The translations under genes were made by a program, and so were the position numbers. Under the pieces are notes generated by a model. It saw only the letters and a program-made list of their open reading frames with translations. It made no database searches and had not been told where the DNA came from. 64,000 nt of DNA from Mobula hypostoma (taxonomy: Eukaryota), in NCBI RefSeq assembly GCF_963921235.1, contig NC_086097.1, forward strand, positions 12,152,001 to 12,216,000, in the 5' to 3' direction. This document shows positions 12,401-24,805 of the stretch, piece after piece; the stretch's first letter is position 1; every line of letters starts with the position of its first letter.

Positions 12401-13121
12401 CTTTTCAGGTTACCAGCTATCTGAGGAGTGAAAAGACCGCTTGTATGCTTCAGTGAGGTTTCCTCAGTGTAAGGTATTGAAGAACCTCACTGGCATGAAG
12501 CCTGCTCACAGATGCTCATTTTACCCTGTAGAGGTCTCCACACTGGTTCAGGCAACACTCTTAAGACAAAGCTTGGCAAAACCTCATGGGCAAATGTTAC
12601 TGAGGTATGTTCTGTATTTTTAAGTCTGAGTGAGAAATCTAGGCCAATAGTTTTAACTAGAGTGACAAAATGAATTTTCACCTCAGGGATACATCTACCT
12701 TCAAGAATCTGTAAATCTAACACTGTTGCATATTGCATGAAAATTAAAGTGAATCTACAACATCTATCATGCAAGGCTTGAGTACCTCTGCACATCTAGT
12801 GTAGTACCTTGTTCTTACAAGCCATGTGACATACTGAGATGAATCTTGCATAGAGCCCTTGGTGCTTTGAGATTTCTCTGATTGGTTAAATGTGGCAGGA
12901 TCCTCCTGCATGTTGCAGATCTCTCTCTGGAAGGTTCTACAGGGATCTACCAGATTTGAGTCAGTGGATGGCTTATCACCACTGATCCAGGCAAAATGGT
13001 CTATGTCTATACAACTGGTCTGTTGGATAATGGGAAGCAAGTCTGTTTCTGACCTCTGGGGCAAAATTATACTGCTGCGTTCTCTTCCAGCTTTCCTCAG
13101 TTGATATGGGACTGACCTGCA

Positions 13122-13411
13122 TTTTCGTACGGCCAGATTTGGGAACAGCTTCTTTCCAACTGTGATAAGACTGCTGAACGGATCCTGACCTGGATCTGGG
13201 CCGTACCTTCCAAATATCCGGACCTGCCTCTCGGTTTTTTTTTGCACTACCTTACTTTCCATTTTTCTATTTTCTATTTATGATTTATAACTTAAATTTT
13301 TAATATTTACTATCGATTTGTAATCCGGGAGCGGAATGCGCAGAATCAAATATCGCTGTGATGATTGTACATTCTAGTATCAATTGTTTGGCAACAATAA
13401 AGTATAAAGTA
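13122..13411 (+). mobile_element. Young Rex-type 3' fragment, near-identical to 5115-5419
   Basis: Direct sequence match ending aataaagtataaagta. Confidence 0.8.
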
Positions 13412-13540
13412 TTTTCCGAGCAGAAGGTGAATGGAATAATTGTGACCAGAGGTGCTGCCTATAGTCTCTCCTGGGCAGGCCAGCCTTGTAGGCCCAAGGT
13501 CTTTGTGGGGCCTTACCCAATCCGGAGAGTGAAAGGTAGA

Positions 13541-13990
13541 GATTCAAGATTCAAAATTGGTTAATTTCATTTCCAGTGCACAAGTGTAAAGAAGAATTGT
13601 TTCTCCAGTTCATTTGCAACACACACACAAAAAAGAGAAAGAATACAATAAATATAGATACATGGATTAATAGTACATCCATAAAGTGAGGCTAGGCACA
13701 AGAGCATTTGTGAATAAGGTGACTGACAGGAAACAGCGGTGGTAGGATGTTTTAGTGGGTGGAGATGTTGATCAGTCCTGTTGCTTGGGAAAAGTAACAG
13801 TTTTTGAGTCTAGTGGTTCTAGCGTGGATGCTATGCAGTGTCATTCCTGATGGGAGTGGAGGTGAAAAGTCTGAGCAAGATGGTTGGGATCCTTCATGAT
13901 GTTGAAAATTCATGAAGGTTCCTTCTTCTGGCACCTTCCTGTATACATGTCTACATGACTGGAAGAAGTTAAGATGTCTGAACCCAAGGA
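13541..13990 (-). mobile_element. Rex1/Babar 3' end (tail reads attcaag repeats on the plus strand)
   Basis: PLPSGMTLHSIHARTTRLKNCYFSQATGLIN on the minus strand; same family as 57591-58300. Confidence 0.75.
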
Positions 13991-14004
13991 TCTAATCATC
14001 AAAA

Positions 14005-14550
14005 ATGGCAGGTTGGAGGGAGAGGAAGAGGAAAGTGGGGAGGAGGAGAAGGAAATTGAGAGGAGGTGGAAGGGAAATCGAGAGAGAATGGAGGGGGGAA
14101 ATCGAGAAGAGGTAGAGATGGGTCCAAGGGGGAGTAAATGGAAAATGATTTGGAGGAAGGAAAAACATAGAAGAGGAATGGAGGCTAGCAGGAAAAGGAG
14201 AATGAGGAAGATTGGAAATAAGTAGGGTGAGGAGGAGACGAGGAGAGGAGAGAGCAGAGGGAGGAGGCTGAGAAGAGGGAGCAATTAAAGAGGAAAAAGG
14301 TGAAGTAAAGGAGAGAAGAAGAACGTGGAGGGAGAAGAATACAAGGAGGACGGGCTGATATAGTGGAGAAGGAGAAGGACGGAGAATGAGTTGAAAAGTG
14401 AGGGGAGAGCAAGGAAAAGAAGAAAGAAGTAGTAAAATTTGGAAAGGGGGAAGGGGAGGGAGAAGAAATGAGACAGGTGAGGAGGAGGGAGAGAGCAAGA
14501 GGGAAAGGTAGAAGGAAAAGAGAAGTATAATGGACTGGGTGAAGGGGGGC
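14005..14550 (+). repeat. Purine-rich (GA) low-complexity tract
   Basis: About 550 bp dominated by G/A on the plus strand. Confidence 0.9.
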
Positions 14551-14865
14551 ACAATAGTTACTTTTGCCTCTTCAGCTGCTAGTTGGGCCGAATTGACTTG
14601 GGACTGAACTCTTTTCCATATCTGCTGCCCGGCCTGCTGAGTTCCTTCAGCATTTTGTGTGTGTTGTTTGGCTTTCCAGCATCTGCAGATTTTCTCTTGT
14701 TTCCTCTAGCATCATGTTAGTTGCTCCAGGTTCCAGCGACCCCAGTCTCTTAGAATCAGAATCAGGTTTAATATCACTGGCATATATCACGAACCTGTTG
14801 TTTTACGGCAGCAATATATTGCAATACAGAGTATAAAAACAATAAATTACAATAACAACTATATA

Positions 14866-15329
14866 CGAGGGGTGATTGATAAGTTCACGGCCTAGGGTAG
14901 AAGAAGTGGATTTTAGAAAACCTAGCAGATTTATTTTTCAACATAGTCCCCTCCTACATTTACACACTTAGTCCAGTGGTCACGGAGCATATGGATCTTG
15001 GACCTCCAGAAAGTGTCCACAGCAGGGGTGATTGATAAGTTTGTGGCCTAAGGTAGAAAGCGATGAGTTATACAGCTCTCGTTGCATGCACATGCAGTTC
15101 AACTCTTTGAGTGATTATGCAGAAAGTTTGAAGTTAATAAATCATCAGGAGTGATTGATAAGTTTGTTGGCCTAAGGTAGAAGGAGATGAGGTCCAAAAT
15201 CTGGATGCTCCACAACCGCTGGACTAAGTGCGTAAATGTAGGAGGGGATTATTTTGAAAAATAAATGCGATAGGTTTTCTAAAATTGACTCCTTCTACCT
15301 TAGGCCACAAACTTATCAATCACCCTTTG
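14866..15329. mobile_element. Mariner-type MITE with long inverted arms and internal TIR copies
   Basis: TA|CGAGGGGTGATTGATAAGTT...AACTTATCAATCACCCTTTG; family match to 48466-49055. Confidence 0.85.
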
Positions 15330-15511
15330 TGTATATAATAAATTAAATAAGTTGTGCTAAAAGAGAGGGAAATATAACACAAGATCAGACATCTCTCCAC
15401 TGGCAGCTGACCCTCACTGGGAGAATATAGACTGAAACACTCCCATAAAAATCAATGTGCTTCCAATGGTACATGACCATTCAGATCAGGTGAAACACTG
15501 GTGCCTTCAAT

Positions 15512-15763
15512 TCTTCTTCTAAAGCCTATCACCCATACAGGGACATAGACCGCTGACAGCCCCTCACCACTGGGCTCTGTCCTGGGCCAGTCTTTCCAGT
15601 TGTCCCCAGGTGCAGCCCATCTTTGAAGATCCTTCCTTTCCCACAGATGACATCCTTGGACCTTCTATTGCCGTTACTCTAGCTCTGGGTTTTTAACGGG
15701 ATGAGGCAATTGCCCAACTGTACTCCTTTTGCAGCCGGCCTTGGGGCCATCCACAGTAGAGTT
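15512..15763 (-). mobile_element. Bipartite RTE-derived non-autonomous retroposon (5' UTR with twister-like motif plus 3' end)
   Basis: TSD tggtgcctt(c/t)aat at 15499-15511 and 15764-15776; 3' part translates GCTWGQLERLAQDRAQW*GAVSGLCP (RTE C-terminus); (AGA)n tail. Confidence 0.85.
15712..15763 (-). ncRNA. Decayed twister ribozyme, 3' cleavage product
   Basis: AA-CUCU-AC-UGUGGAUGG-CCCCAAGG-CCGGCUGCA-AAA-GGAG-UACAG-UUGGGC compared with the twister pattern U|AA-P2-GC-P4-UCCCAAGC-P4'-P2'-GAGGG-P1'. Confidence 0.7.
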
Positions 15764-17404
15764 TGGTGCCTTTAATGGCTGCCTAAACCATGTGTTGGTA
15801 TGCCCAACTCTTATTGATGGCCCACTTCACTGAAACAGGACACAGGGCTGATGAATGATCTTGGCGCGAAACACTGACTTTTCATCTCCCTTGATAGATG
15901 CTGTCTAACCTGCTAAGTTCCTCCAGCTTTGTGCGTGTGTTGCTCACAGAGACAGGAGCAGGAGATTCACCTGACACGTGGGTGCCAGGGTAGCATCATC
16001 TTTAGCATGACGCCATTACAACTCGGAGCATTCCAGAGTTTGGATTTGAGTTTCAGCGCCCTCGGTAAGGGGACTCTGGATTCTTCCCACAGTCCAACAA
16101 AGTACTGGTTAGTAGGTTAGCTGGTGATTCTAAATTGCCCTGTGATTAAGCTAATTTTAAATCAGTGGGTTGTGGCTGCAACACCACTCAACCAGCTGAT
16201 CTGTCTCTCTCCTGTACGCAAGTTACTGTATGTTCATTCATAGCCTTAGACCTCCTATTGGGGGTTCATTGCACTATTTCAACCTCTAAAACAGACCTAA
16301 ATAAATGTACAAACATATTCCTGGTTTTTCTCTAAGTTGTCAGGTTGTCAAGGCTTTAGAAGCTTTATCAAAGTTGTTTGTCAATCTTTTCTACTCTCCT
16401 CATTGGCATATGTTCTGCAGAGGGCACTCTACCAAGATTTAGACAGGACAAACGGAGCTCAGATTTAAACTAACATTTCATCATGTTTCTTCATCAGATT
16501 TCCTTTATCTTCTTCCTTTCTCTCTCTATAATATCCTGCCCTCTGTGTGTCTGCTGAAGGCAATTATGAAATGCAGATGGATGTGAACCATAAACACAGG
16601 AGTTCTGCAGGTGCTGGAAACCCAGAGCAATACACACAAAATGCTGGAGGATCTCAGCAGGTCAAGCAGCATCTGCGGAAATGGCCGAGACCCTCCATCA
16701 GGACTCTGATGTGCTGAAGGTTTGCAGCATTATCACTTACGCATATCACAGTAATGCACAGGTCAGGCCCACGGACCCCTTACTTAATGGTATTTGTCCA
16801 TGGCATTAAAAAGATTGGGAACCCTTGCACTAATGGTGCACAGTACTCCAAATACTTTACACAGCTGCAAAGTAACTTTACAAGTGTTATATTTAGTATC
16901 TTGGCTGATATAGGCAGTATGCTGTATGCCTTCTTCAAAACTCCATCCTTTCAGAGAGCTTCTAGTGCACATCTATTAGGTGCCCCCTCAGTCTTCCCTT
17001 GGCAAAGACAATCTTTGTGTCTATAAGGACAATTGATGGAAGAAATATTTACATTGCAATTGCTTTACTTGCAGATATATTAAGTTACAGATAATTCCAT
17101 TCAGTTTATGTCTTATTCTTACACATATGAATGGTGCACATATAGAAGTCCACATACACACACCCATGTGTATATAAACTTTTATATATTGTACATGTAT
17201 GCTTCATGCACATACATAAAGAAGAGTGGATAGCATAAATGCAGGGAATGTTTCTACAGACATGAGTTTAAATCCCACCATAGCAGTTGGGGATTGAGTT
17301 GTCTGTGATCAAATACAGTAAATTCTGAATTTGAAAAGCTAACATCAATAATAGCAAAAATTATCATTTCTCAATTATTGAGAAGTATATTTGCTTGTTC
17401 GTTA

Positions 17405-17700
17405 ATTGCCATATCGTACGACATGGGTGATCATGGTCTTTCCATGACCATGATTGTTCTCGGCAAAGTTTTCTGCAGAAGTGGCTTGCCATTGCCTTCA
17501 TCTGGGCAGTGTCTTTACAAGATGGGTGACCCCAGCCATTATTTATATTCTTCAGAGATTGTCTGCCTGGCATCAGTGGTGGCATAACCAGGACTTATGC
17601 TAAGCAGGTGCTACACCTTGCTTAAGGGTATCCTGCAGGTTAGTGGAGGGAAGGAGTGCCTTATATCTCCTTTGGTGGCGATGTACTCTGCCTTGCCCAG
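17405..17700 (-). mobile_element. RTE-related short element, internally deleted copy
   Basis: Matches 10708-11052. Confidence 0.75.
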
Positions 17701-17964
17701 CCATTCAGAAACACTTCTGATTCATTAACATCTTTTGAGTAAGGGCTCTGGTAAGAAATGTGACCACCAGATAAGAATTTACGCCAACTTCCTCCTTCCC
17801 TGAAAAAGCCTAGAAATCACTAATTTTAAGGGCAATTTAGGGTGTGTATAAATGCGGGTCTTAACGATGACAACCTCATTGAATAAATGAATGAGAATAG
17901 ATCAGACTATAAATCAGATCTGCTTTACTGAGTTAGGTTTCGTTTTGGTCTTTCATAGTACATA

Positions 17965-19117
17965 GTGTGCAAACTTAAAGCACACGGTATTGCGGGTAAG
18001 GTATTGGTGTGGGTGGAGAATTGGTTAGCAGACAGGAAGCAAAGAGTGGGAATAAACGGGACCTTTTCAGAATGGCAGACGGTGACTAGTGGGATACCGC
18101 AAGGTTCAGTGCTGGGACCCCAGTTGTTTACAATATATATTAATGACTTGGATGAGGGAATTGAATGCAGCATCTCCAAGTTTGCAGGTGACACGAAGCT
18201 GGGTGGCAGTGTTAGCTGTGAGGAGGATGCTAAGAGGATGCAGGGTGACTTGGATAGGTTGGGTGAGTGGGCAAATTCATGGCAGATGCAATTTAATGTG
18301 GATAAATGTGAAGTTATCCACTTTGGTGGCAAAAATAGGAAAACAGATTATTATCTGAATGGTGGCCGATTAGGAAAAGGGGAGGTGCAATGAGACCTGG
18401 GTGTCATTATACACCAGTCATTGAAAGTGGGCATGCAGGTACAGTAGGCAGTGAAAAAGGCGAATGGTATGCCGGTATTTATAGCGAAAGGATTCGAGTA
18501 CAGGAGCAGGGAGGTACTACTGCAGTTGTACAAGGCCTTGGTGAGACCACATCTGGAGTATTGTGTGCAGTTTTGGTCCCCTACTCTGAGGAAAGACATC
18601 TTTGCCATAGAGGGAGTACAAAGAAGGTTCACCAGATTGATTCCTGGGATGGCAGGACTTTCATATGAAGAAAGACTGGATGAACTGGGCTTGTACTCGT
18701 TGGAATTTAGAAGATTGAGGGGGGATCTGATTGAAACATATAAAATCCTAAAGGGATTGGACAGGCTAGATGCAGGAAGATTGTTCCCGATGTTGGGGAA
18801 GTCCAGAACGAGGGGTCACAGTTTGAGGATAAAGGGGAAGCCTTTTAGGACCGAGATTAGGAAAAACTTCTTCACACAGAGAGTGGTGAATCTGTGGAAT
18901 TCTCTGCCACAGGAAACAGTTGAGGCCAGTTCATTGGCTATATTTAAGAGGGAGTTAGATATGGCCCTTGTGGCTATGGGGGTCAGGGGGTATGGAGGGA
19001 AGGCTGGTGCAGGGTTCTGAGTTGGACAATCAGCCATGATCATAATAAATGGCGGTGCAGGCTCGAAGGGCCGAATGGCCTACTCCTGCACCTATTTTCT
19101 ATGTTTCTATGTTTCTA
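17965..19117 (+). pseudogene. Young 5'-truncated CR1 LINE: ORF2 RT domain with premature stops plus 3' UTR
   Basis: VTSGIPQGSVLGPQLFTIYINDL, KFAGDTKL, YKALVRPHLEYCVQFW; stops at about 18391 and 18445; (TTTCTATG)n tail. Confidence 0.95.
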
Positions 19118-21011
19118 TCTACTCATATCAAGTTTGGCTTTGTGGTTCTTGTTAGTCTTCAGAAATATTGGATATTTATGCTTTTAGAAATTAGTTCTTT
19201 CAAAACTCTTTATGAAATGCTACAGAAGTTAAATTCATTAGAAATGAAAACTAACTCAAATCAGTAACGTTCAAATGTTGGGTGGCATGACAACACTTTA
19301 CAGCACTAACAATCCAGGTTCAACTGCTGACGCTGTCTGTGAGGACTCTGTATGTTCTCCCCATGTCTGCATAGGTTTCCACCCACATTTTAAATGTGTA
19401 CGGTTCGTAGGTTAATTAGTCACTTGGGCGGTGTGAGCTCGTTGGGCTGGAAGAGCCTGTTACCGTGCTGTATCTTTAAATAAGTAAAGTTGAAAAAAAG
19501 TGTGTATTATCTCAAAGTTCGAAGTATATTCATTATTAAAGTATGTATAAATTATGCAACCTTTAGATTTGTCTCCTTAAAGGCAGCCATAAAACAAGAA
19601 CGCGAAAAAACCCGTTGAAAAAAAGACTAACAAACACTGAAAGTGCAGAGAGAGAGACAGAGAGTGAAAAAACACAAATCGTAGAAACAATAAAAACAAG
19701 CAACAACATTCAGAACGAAAGTGCATCTGTAGACACGAAGCCCGGAGCTGCCAGGGCAGAATCACAGCCTCAGCCTCAGTACGGCAGACAATGGAGTGAA
19801 AGTCACTGGGTACTGGCTAACACCACACACCACTGACCAGCTCATCCCACAACCAAACAAGACTGGTCAATAGTCCAAACACTCTTTTTTTAAAAAAAGC
19901 TGCATGCAGCATTCTTAAAGCTGTATAAATGTAAATATAAATTCTGCATTGTTCATATTTATTGCAGCATAAAATTTTAATAGTGCAGAAAATGATTTTT
20001 TTTCAAGTAAGCCTTTGACGCTAATTTCTCAGTGCTAGTCAGTTAGAATGATAAATCTGAAGCCCTGCAATAGCACAATGTACCAAGCATCTGAAATTTA
20101 TTTCATGAAACTCAAAGAAACAGATTTTGGAGGCAGGGTAGAACATGCTAATGTTAATAGATAGCTTGTTTAGTGCTAATAACTAGGAATACATTTCTAG
20201 GTAACTGTTTTTTTTAAGACCTTGATAAAAGCATCTCTACATTCAGTATGTTGCCTGATGCAAGTTAGTTCAGCTGCTAAAGCGGCTCAGCAAATGCAAG
20301 AAGTGTTCTTCAAATTTTCCATTTTAAATCATCAAAAACAAACAGTGTAGAACCAGTCTCCAGGGGGTGATAAATACACATTACCTAATTGCTCTCACTT
20401 AGGGTGGCTTTTAGAGTCCTGCTTTCGGGGCTGTGTATCATGGAGCGGCTCCCTGTGGTGCAAATGGAAAAAAAGCTACTTCTTTACCAGCTTTTAAAGC
20501 CTTGCTGTGATTTTTTTTAGTGAAAACAGATGCTGGTGTCTTCTTCTTCTGCAGTGCCATAACTGCTAAACTGTATGTAAGTGAATTGAGAGTCTGCACG
20601 ACCAGCTTCGAGAAAGCCAATGGCTTGCTCAATTTAGCGGAAAGGTGTGAAGAGCCATGTAAAAATATTTTGCAAGGAAAATGAAAAGTTCTGGCCGTAT
20701 GTTAAATGAAGGAGATGGAGGTGATGTATCCCATTATATGTCGCTCCTCACTGGATTGCAAGCATATCTTAAGTCCCGACTTGTGTAAAGAACCGGAATT
20801 TACAGGTTCTGAAGTTTAAAATATTTAATGCTACTCACTAAATGCTCAACACACACTCAACTTTTCAAGATAATTGCAGAGAAACGAAGTACAATACATT
20901 GTGAGAGCATTGAGAAAGCTGTCTTTATCTCGGAATGTTCCACTAATGTCGGGGCTATCAAAGCTCATAAACTCAAAATGTCTTCTTTCAGTTTGATCTG
21001 CGTTCTTTCAT

Positions 21012-21262
21012 CTTAGAGATACAGCTCAGTAACAGGCCTTTCCAGCCCAATGAACTCATGCTGCCCAATTACACCCATAGGACAAATTAAATAACTAACA
21101 CGTACATCTTTGGACTGTGGGAGGAAATCCGAGCACTGGGAGGAAACCCATGTGGCAAGAGGAGAACGTACAAACTCCTTACAGGCAGTGCCGGGTATTG
21201 AACCCAGGTGTCTGCGCTGTGGTAGCATTAGTCCAACTGCTATACTAAGATGCTGCCCCATG
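21012..21262 (-). mobile_element. V-SINE-type tRNA-derived SINE (one of more than 12 copies, e.g. 19280, 23230, 31850, 34500, 45330, 53455, 60660, 61190, 61550, 63085)
   Basis: tRNA-like head with gggttcaatacc B box and central gtttcctcccagtgctcggatttcctcccacagtccaaag V-domain-like motif. Confidence 0.8.
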
Positions 21263-21286
21263 GTTCAAATTTATGATTACACTTTA

Positions 21287-22003
21287 TAGTACTGGGCAAA
21301 AGTCTAAGTGATATATCTGTAGCTAGGGTGCCTAAGACCTTTGCACAGTGCTGCATTTGTCAATGTGATGTGGAGAGCGAGTCTGTAAATCCGGCGGAAG
21401 CAAAGGATGTTGGAAATGGTGAGGGTGGAGCACTGCAGGAGGGGTATGAGACAGGTGCCAGAGGAGGAGCACTGAGACGGGGTGGAGGGTACATACACCG
21501 TATATTTCTAGGGCGCCTAAGACTTTTGCACAGTACTGCAGTCATTTTATGCGTTGCACTGTACTGCTGTAAAAAACAAATTTCATGACGCATGTGAGTG
21601 ATGATAAACCTGATTCTGGTATGGATCGTCTGTTGCGGACTGAGAGTAGGAAGGGGGCAGGAAGAGGGGAATCGTGATTGGGAAAAGGGGAAGGGAGAAA
21701 GGAGGGAACGGTCAGTACCAGAGAGACATTCTGTAATGAGCAATAAACCAATTATTTGGAATCAGATGACCCTGCCTGTTATCTCAGGGCTGGGTGCACA
21801 TCTGCACTTGCGTCACACCCACCCCCAGGAGTCCTTCTCTGCCTCCTGTCCCACAGCACCCCATCCTCACCATTCCCAAAATCCTTTGCTCCAACCAGAT
21901 TTACGGGCTCTCTCTCTGATCCACCTTAACAAATGCAGTACCGTGCAAAGGCTCGGGCACCCTAGCTATATATGTATGTGCCTAAGACTTTTGAACAGGA
22001 CTG
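21287..22003. mobile_element. Composite Tc1-type non-autonomous element built from about 65-bp mini-MITEs plus a captured LINE tail
   Basis: TIR-like CAGTACTGTGCAAAAGTCTTAGGCAC at both ends and internally; about 200-bp inverted arms; related copy at 38969-39470. Confidence 0.75.
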
Positions 22004-22164
22004 TTCGGCTCATCAGGTCAATACTCTCACAGTAGACCAATCCTTTCCTCTTCTGCTCTTTCTCCTTTGTCTTGCTAATGAAACACTTTCAAGGACCATT
22101 GCAATTCTGAGCAAGTGGAGATTATTCTATCACTGTCCCCGGATGTAGATAGCGAAGAGAGATA

Positions 22165-23038
22165 GGCTACGTCTACACTAGACCGGATAAATCCATAACT
22201 GAGGCTTTTTCTCTTCGTTTTGATCCTCCGTCCACACTGGAACGGCGTTTTCCTCCCCCAGAAACGGAGATTTTTAGAAACGCTTTCCAGAGTGAATAAA
22301 TCTGAAAACGCCTAATATCCGGCGTAGTGTGTGCGGGGTAACGGGCGATTTTTAAAACCGCTGTCATGCCGGAACAAATGGTGGCGGTAGCGCGGCATTT
22401 CATTGTATTCTTGAACGCAACCTCCAACACCACAACAACAATATCTGACAATAGATGTGTAACAGCCTAATGTAACATTGTATGGAAATACAAGATAACA
22501 CTGATGCAGACATGTTTTATACATTTAACAAGATGATTTATTAATGTATTGCTTGTGCAAATATTCAATAGATGCAATTGTCACTTTTGCCCAGTAACTC
22601 GTTTTATTGCACATGTTAAATACAGCAAAATAATACACAAAGACATGGCAAAAGTAAAGGCAAACAGATGAGGTAACAGTAAATTTCACTTTTGCCCAGT
22701 AACAAGCCTTATTGTATTTAGTTGTACCTGTCATCCCTTTCATCGGTGAAGAGACTATGGCTGTAGGAAATGTTTCTGGACAAACGTGCACCAAGTCTTT
22801 CACTTGGCAATTTCCTTTTAAGTTTTTCTAGTCTATAACTGGACAAATGCACACCAAGTATACCGTTTCCTCTTCGCTTGTTTTCTGTGTGTCCTGCGCA
22901 TGCCCAGTAGGAGGAGATTCGCCAAATATCCGTTTTAATGTGGACAGAGGTATTTTTAAAAATGCCTAGTGTGGATGCCTGTCGTTTTTACGTGAAACCG
23001 GTGTTTTCAAAATTATCTGGTCGAGTGTGGATGTAGCC
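22165..23038. mobile_element. PIF/Harbinger-like non-autonomous DNA transposon
   Basis: TIRs GGCTACGTCTACACTAGACCGGATAAAT and ATTATCTGGTCGAGTGTGGATGTAGCC; internal repeated aaaacgc-type motifs. Confidence 0.8.
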
Positions 23039-23904
23039 TCAGAAGAATCAAAATGAGGAGTGGCCCACTGATGCTTTCTTGTTGCCATAGTAACAGGTCC
23101 TGTTAAGCTTCAGATCAATGGTGATTCCCAATGATGTCGATAGCAAGGTACAAGAGTGCTAGACAACATTAGTATCCTTAAAAACCATGACAAGCTGGTG
23201 ATATTATTTTTCAGAGGATAGTCTTTGCGTGGGCATACTGGTTAGTGCGGCACTATGACTGCTTGGACTTCAGAGTTCAATGCTGGAGCTGTCCGTAAGG
23301 AGTTTACTCGTCCTCCCCATGACCACGTGGGTTTCCTCCGGGTGCTCCAGTTTCATTCGACAGTCCAAAGATGTAGCCGATGATGTAAATTGTCCTGTGA
23401 TTGGGTTAGCATTAAACAGTTGGGTTGCTGCACAGTGCAGCTCATTGGCTGTAGGGTCCTGTCCCATGCAGTGTCTCTAAATAAATTACTTGATGCAGGG
23501 TCTTTCACGGCAAAATTCTTGGAAACCCTGGCACTGACTATCACTATTGATTTTCTATCTTGCAAATGACTTGTGAAATTTTATGGACTGAATCCTGGGG
23601 AAAACTGAACTGAATTGTTTTCAGTTGCTGCCAGAGTGTGGTGTGAAACCTACTGACATCATCAGTAGCCTCTGGTTGGAAACAATAACTCCTCATGTGG
23701 CAGCATTGTGACTGACAAAATCACTGGCTCCGGAACATCAAGGGCCACAGAAGAGGGCCTATGTCTGGGGTGAATTTTGGGCTTGCTTGCTTTGTTCCTG
23801 GGCAAAATCAGGAATTGGACCTTCACATAAATCGGTTAATAGAAAGAATCTGTTTCTAGGAAGTTATGAATTTTATAAGTTGCAGCAGAATTAAGCTGAC
23901 ATTA

Positions 23905-24805
23905 GTATACCTCATGTAATGTTGCAGCTTTATAAAATGCTAAGTGGGCCACATCGGGAGTATTGCACACAGTTCTGGTCACCCCATTATGGGAAGGATA
24001 CTGAGGCTTTGCAGAGAATGCAGATGAGTCTACTGGGACGCTGCCTGAATTAGAGGGCATATGCTGTATATGTAGTCCACAGCCTCAGAGTAGAGGGACA
24101 TCCATTTAGCATGGAGATGAGGAGGAATTTCTTTAACCAGAAGGTGGTGAGTGTGTGGAATTCATTGCCACAGACAGCTGTGGAGGCCAAGTCATTGGGT
24201 ATATTTGAAGCAGAGGTTGAAAGATTCTTGATTAGTCAAGAAGGGATATGGAGAGAAGGCAGGAGACTGGGGCGGGCTGAGAGGGAAATGGATCAGCCAT
24301 GATGAAATGATGGAACAGACTCGATGGGCCAAATGGCCTAATTCTGCTCCTATATCTTCTGGTCTTATGGTTTTATTACAAGAGGCTGAATAAACTTAGG
24401 TTGCTTTCTCTGGAGTGGTGGAGTTCGAGGGGAGATCTGATAGAGGTTTAAAAGATTATGATAGGCATCGATAAAGTAAACAGACAGTATCTTTTTCCCA
24501 AGGTTGTAATGTCTAATAACAGAGGGAATGCATTTAAGGTTCAAAGGAAATATGATGAGCATGATTTTTACATGTAGGTGGGTGCCTGGAATTCGCTGCC
24601 TGGGGTGGTGGTGGCAGCAGATACATCAGAGAATTTCAGGTGATGTTTAAATATGCTCATAAATAGGAGGAAAATGGAAGGATGCAGGCATTGTGTAGGC
24701 AAAAGGAATTAGTTTAGTTGGCCATTTGACTACTAATTTAATTGGTTTGGCTCAACACTTTGGGCTGAAGGGCCTGTTCCTGTGCTGTACCGTTCTATGT
24801 TCTAC
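23905..24805 (+). mobile_element. Old CR1 3' end with a second CR1 3' end (about 24075-24370) nested inside
   Basis: MRRNFFNQKVVSVWNSLP; two CR1-type tails. Confidence 0.8.

Noticed and set aside
13910..14554. Several long ORFs (up to 186 aa)
   Set aside because: By-products of the GA/TC low-complexity tract
14866..15329. Spaced about 35-bp repeats resembling a CRISPR array
   Set aside because: They are mariner TIR copies in mixed orientation in a vertebrate context, with no cas genes
20511..20582. ttttttttag...gtaagt exon-like 56-nt segment
   Set aside because: No homology recognised; such signals occur by chance; needs RNA-seq
21598..22035. 145-aa ORF, and the similar 152-aa ORF at 39085
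   Set aside because: Lies in MITE cargo; frames not preserved between copies; no transposase motifs
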